A DNA stretch of 64,000 nucleotides from Yuukianura sp. NJ FZ-2021 (taxonomy: Eukaryota): contig CM102283.1 of assembly GCA_046563655.1 (NCBI GenBank), forward strand, positions 2,852,001 to 2,916,000. Reading direction: 5' to 3'. Within the stretch, counting starts at the first letter, position 1, and each line of letters starts with the position of its first letter. Below the pieces are notes generated by a model that worked only from the letters and a program-made list of their open reading frames with translations, ran no database searches and was not told the DNA's origin. Position numbers and translations under genes: made by a program. Positions 60,001 through 64,000 of this stretch are shown here, in pieces.

Positions 60001-62385
60001 TCGTAAAAGTAAACCTTATGTGACGCCTAAGTGCTTGTTAAGTGCTCTCATGCACGTACAATTCCTTTTTGTATTGAATCTGCGCATGCTCAAAGTTCAA
60101 GCTCGTAGGCACACAGAGCACTTCCGTGAGTCGGCGCAGAAAGTTTATAGTAGCCTCTGCACATCAAAATCTTTCATCTAAACATCAATTTCATCACAAA
60201 AACTGTCATTAATTTTCGTTTTCTTTAGAATGTGAGGCACTCTATTCTCAATGAATTGTCAAAACACAAAAACTGAACTGAGCAGGCGTAAAACTCTTTT
60301 CAAAAACCTAATTGGGCATGAGTCAATGAGTCGAAATTGAAATGCGCATGTCACGAGTTGATTCAGAGAATCTTTAGGTGGCATGACTCAACAAGTTAGA
60401 ACTGCAACTGCGCATGATTGGATGAGTCTGAATCAGGAAATCAGAACTGCCCATGCGCAGACTCAGAAATTCTTTCTGTTCTGCTTTGATGTGATGAGAA
60501 ATTAAAGCAATTAAGACAGTTTTTAGTTATAATGTTGACACCTTCTGGTCCACATCTTTTGTCATGCAATCACCCAAAAATCTTGTTGTTTTGAGCATGC
60601 ATCTCCCCATTTGTACTCCCACTGACCTACATTTGAGATCTGTGCAGTAGCCGTAGGTGCAGTGACTGAACTGCGCATGAGTGTATGTTGAGCTTTCATA
60701 ACAATCACAACTACAATGCTTTAGTATTGTTGGAGATCTCGTTAGTCGACTGGTCTCGAAGTTTCACTTTCTTATGAACATTTTGCCAAGAGTTTCATTC
60801 AAGTTTGAACCTTGAAAGGAAAAAGTCGCCAGTTCGAATCTCACTTCATGTGGATTTTTGTGTCAAAGGTCATTCACTTCCTAGAAGAAAAGTACCACTA
60901 TTTTAGAGTTTTGTTGCTCAACAATGAGCTAAACCAGGAAAATTTCCATGAACAGAACTCAAATTTTGTGAAAATTGTGCGGTTTTTAAATTGAAAATTT
61001 TGCAAAATTTTGAGTGTTAAAAAAAGTTGTAGAAAAGTAAGCCACGAAGTCAAGGTCAAACTAAAGTGAGAGTGCCTCGGAATTGTGAAAATTCAGAAGA
61101 AAAATGCAAGATTTCGAAAAATGGTGACACTTAAAAAATAAGTTCAAACCGAAGAGGCTCAATTTCCTGAAACTTCAAAATTTTGAAAACTTGAAGAGGT
61201 CAAAGGTCAAGCACAATGAAGAGAAGAAGATGTCTATTCGCTTTATTTATTACAGGTAACAAAAAATTTCATTTCTTGTATTTCTTTAATTTTTCTTGTA
61301 ATGTATTCCAAACCGCAATGATTTAAATTGTTTGGGGATAAGTTCCGGTTTTGACTTTTTGAAATTGAAGTGAAAGTGAAATTTCAAGAAAATTTCGTTT
61401 TTGAAACCAGTTTTTCGAAATCCGGCACTCCCATTTACCACAAACTACTCAAAACGACTTTTCCTTTCCTTGCATTTTTGATACAGATCAAGATGATTTT
61501 TACTTTTATCGTGTACAAAAATTAAACAGTGCGCGGCAAACAGCAAACACCAATTATATTTTTTGCTCTAATTAAAACTTCCAATTTCTAAAATTTGAAA
61601 ACTTCATCGACCTCCATTTCCTGAGGTCAGCTTTTCTTTTTCAATGAAAATGACAATTTCAATCTTCTCAGAAACGTTTTCCTTTCTTAAATTTATCGTT
61701 TATCGTTTTTTGGCAGAGATAAAAGTGACACTAACAAAAACAGATTTTGGGGAAACACGACACTTTAGGAGAGTCTAAATCTCGGAAATCTCAGAAACCT
61801 TCTGCTCCGTATCACTTGATGAAGTTGACATTGACCTAGATGATCATCAGTGTCAATGTCAAGCTCATCTCTCAGACTCAAATGTAATTAAGGAAGGACA
61901 GAATGGTGGCAGAGATTGATTAGGGTCAACTTACACTCCATTGTCGCACCAAATTAATCTCAAACACACACAAAAATTGTGTGACGTGCACATGTCTAAC
62001 CAAATTCAATTAGAAACCAAAACAAAATGACATTTTAAAAAAAGGTGAAAGTGAAACACGCAATTTCAAACCTTCCCGCGTTTTTGATTGACACAAATCA
62101 ATCCAGTACTAAACTAAAAAGTTTTAGGCCAAAACGTGAAAACGTTTTTCAAACGAAGAGAAACCGTTTTTTAAAAAGGAGAGGAAAACGTTTTTAAAAC
62201 GAAGAGGAAAAAGTTTTTAGAATGAATAGGAGAATTCACGCCTCAGAGGGTTAAAACGAAATAGAAAACGTTTTTAAAATGAAAAGAAAAATGTTTGGGG
62301 CGAAAGTTACGGAATTTGAATTCTTTTTTTTGACAAAAGTGCTTCAGTACATTATTTTCGAAATTTTGAAAAATTTTCACTAAGA

Positions 62386-64000
62386 ATGTTTAAATTTTTT
62401 GCAGTTTTCATCTGGACAGTTCCTTGGTGTGTCTCAGGATTTCCGAGTCCTTCCGAACTTGGAATTCCGGCTGACGAAGCTCTGTCGCAAGAAGAACTGC
62501 GTTACCTCCTGTCCATGGTAGGCTCCAAACCGACTTCAAAGAAACCAAAAATACGAATTTTTCATAAAACGACTGCTGCACCAGTTCAAACACAAGAATT
62601 CCAATCTACACAGGAGCTACAACGCATGCGTAAGCGATCAGACAAGCCTCTGAGGAAAACCCATGCCGAACCAAAAGAAATACTTCAGCAACTCAATCTT
62701 TTAAATACTCTTCTGAAATCTGAAACGGAGAATTCAAAATCTGAAACGGAAACTTCAAAATTCGAAAGAAAAACCAACGAAAAAGTTTCAGCCATTTTGA
62801 AATCTGAAAAGAACACAGATGAAAAAATAGAAGAAATTTTGAAACAACTGGAGAAAGATGGAGACGGAAAAACTCCTGCTCAGATGCAAGAAAAAAGCAA
62901 CGCTGCCCAGTCTCTGGCTCTGCTCGAATCGCTTTTGAGTCGAAAAGATTCTGCCGGGAGAATTCAAAATTCAAAAATTTCACCTCCAGCTCTACGTCAC
63001 ACAAGTGACAGAGAGACGGCCAAGTTTTTGGCCAATCTCCTAGCGGCACAAGCACTCTCACCCGGAGGCGGGACAAATTCAAATTTGGATTCAAAATTTC
63101 AAAATTTTGAACAATTTTCAAACATGGATGTTCCAATGGATTCTGCGGAGTCCAATCAGCTCTCTTCACTCATAACTTTGCTTGGGACAATCGGATCTCT
63201 TGGAGGCGGGAATCAGATGACAAAGTTGTTGAACTTTGGACAGCCACAAACTTCGGGCTTGTTCGGTTCAAATCGGAATGTTTTTGGCGGTCAACAACAA
63301 AATGCTTTCAATTTGTTTGGAGGTCAACCGAGTGCGTCAACTTTGCAGCCTTCTACGCAGGCCCAGCCGGGAGTTGTCCAAAGTCTGGTTGGATTGGGAT
63401 CTTCCGTGTCATCTTTAGTCGGAAACACTTTTCAAAGACTCAGCGGTTCCCGTGCTGATGGAACACCGCGTGTCAGAGGTAAACTTTTCAAAAAAGTTCA
63501 AAATTTCACTCTGAAAAAAGTTTTTCCAAAAATTTTAAGTTGGAAATTTTTAATTTCTGAAAACAGGGTTCGACACTAGACTTGGACTGGGGTACCGCCT
63601 CGGACAAACCGTCGATGCTCAGATGATGTGGGAAGTTGGACCACAAATTTTTACTGAACCGCTAGAAAACGAAAAACGTGATACCGGAATTCAGTCGGCG
63701 CCGACACAACAGCAAATTTCACCGGAACTGGAACGTCAGCTGACCGAACTGCTTAGCAGAAATCCGCAATTGCAGAAACGCAGACAACTTGCAGCAGTTG
63801 AAGCTCAAAAAATAAAGGAAGAGGAGGAACATGTGCAGCTTGGAAAATTGCTTCACGCAGAACCGTCCGAGTACGTTGCCAAAGCAGTTCCACCTCCACT
63901 GAACATGCGTATGAGATACCCTGCACGTACAGAATTTTCCACTCCGGTTGCGTCTTTTCAACCACTACCGGATTATTACATGAAACCCAAACCGGTTTTA
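62386..64000 (+). CDS. Unknown secreted protein, 3'-partial. Exons 62386-63478, 63567->64000
   Basis: Signal-like MFKFFAVFIWTVPWCVSG; long first exon; phase-1 GT-AG intron; exon 2 (GFDTRLGLGYRLGQTVDAQMMWEVG...) stays open to the window end; RMRKR, KR and KRR basic sites. Confidence 0.75.

Noticed and set aside
1-64000. CRISPR arrays, rRNA, tRNA genes, prokaryotic or HGT operons
   Set aside because: None seen; recognisable genes are animal-type, and the intronless lipases are brummer/ATGL-like rather than bacterial patatins

Overview
AT-rich, intron-dense eukaryotic genomic DNA from an invertebrate, most likely an arthropod (brummer-type PNPLA lipases, insect-like wolframin and GLDC, ChtBD2 protein; the taxon is an inference). 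Gene order: two tandem sphingomyelin-synthase-family genes (+), ANKRD16-like (-), an unknown single-pass membrane protein (+), wolframin (-), a transposon nest (decayed PIF/Harbinger element with a MADF pseudogene remnant, plus a perfect hAT-type MITE), a 3x chitin-binding-domain protein (+), a secreted/TM Gly-Pro-Ala-rich protein (+), acetoacetyl-CoA synthetase (+), glycine decarboxylase P-protein (-), a repetitive secreted putative polyprotein precursor (+), Tim23 (+), a synaptotagmin-like gene (-) and a partial secreted protein (+). Main highlights: (1) three intronless, catalytically intact PNPLA2/brummer-like lipase genes nested on the same strand in one 9.1-kb intron that splits the synaptotagmin C2A domain; (2) a signal-peptide protein of K/R-x-x-R-delimited N-glycosylatable repeats ending in a Gly/Tyr/Trp-rich peptide; (3) at least 11 perfect AGGTCAAAGGTCA (DR1) motifs, with two small introns made almost wholly of AGGTCA half-sites; (4) a ~110-aa insertion in the C2B loop 3 of the synaptotagmin; (5) four CCAAT boxes at exact 33-bp spacing inside a lipase coding linker. 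Exon boundaries were read by eye from GT-AG sites and frame continuity; no database searches were run.
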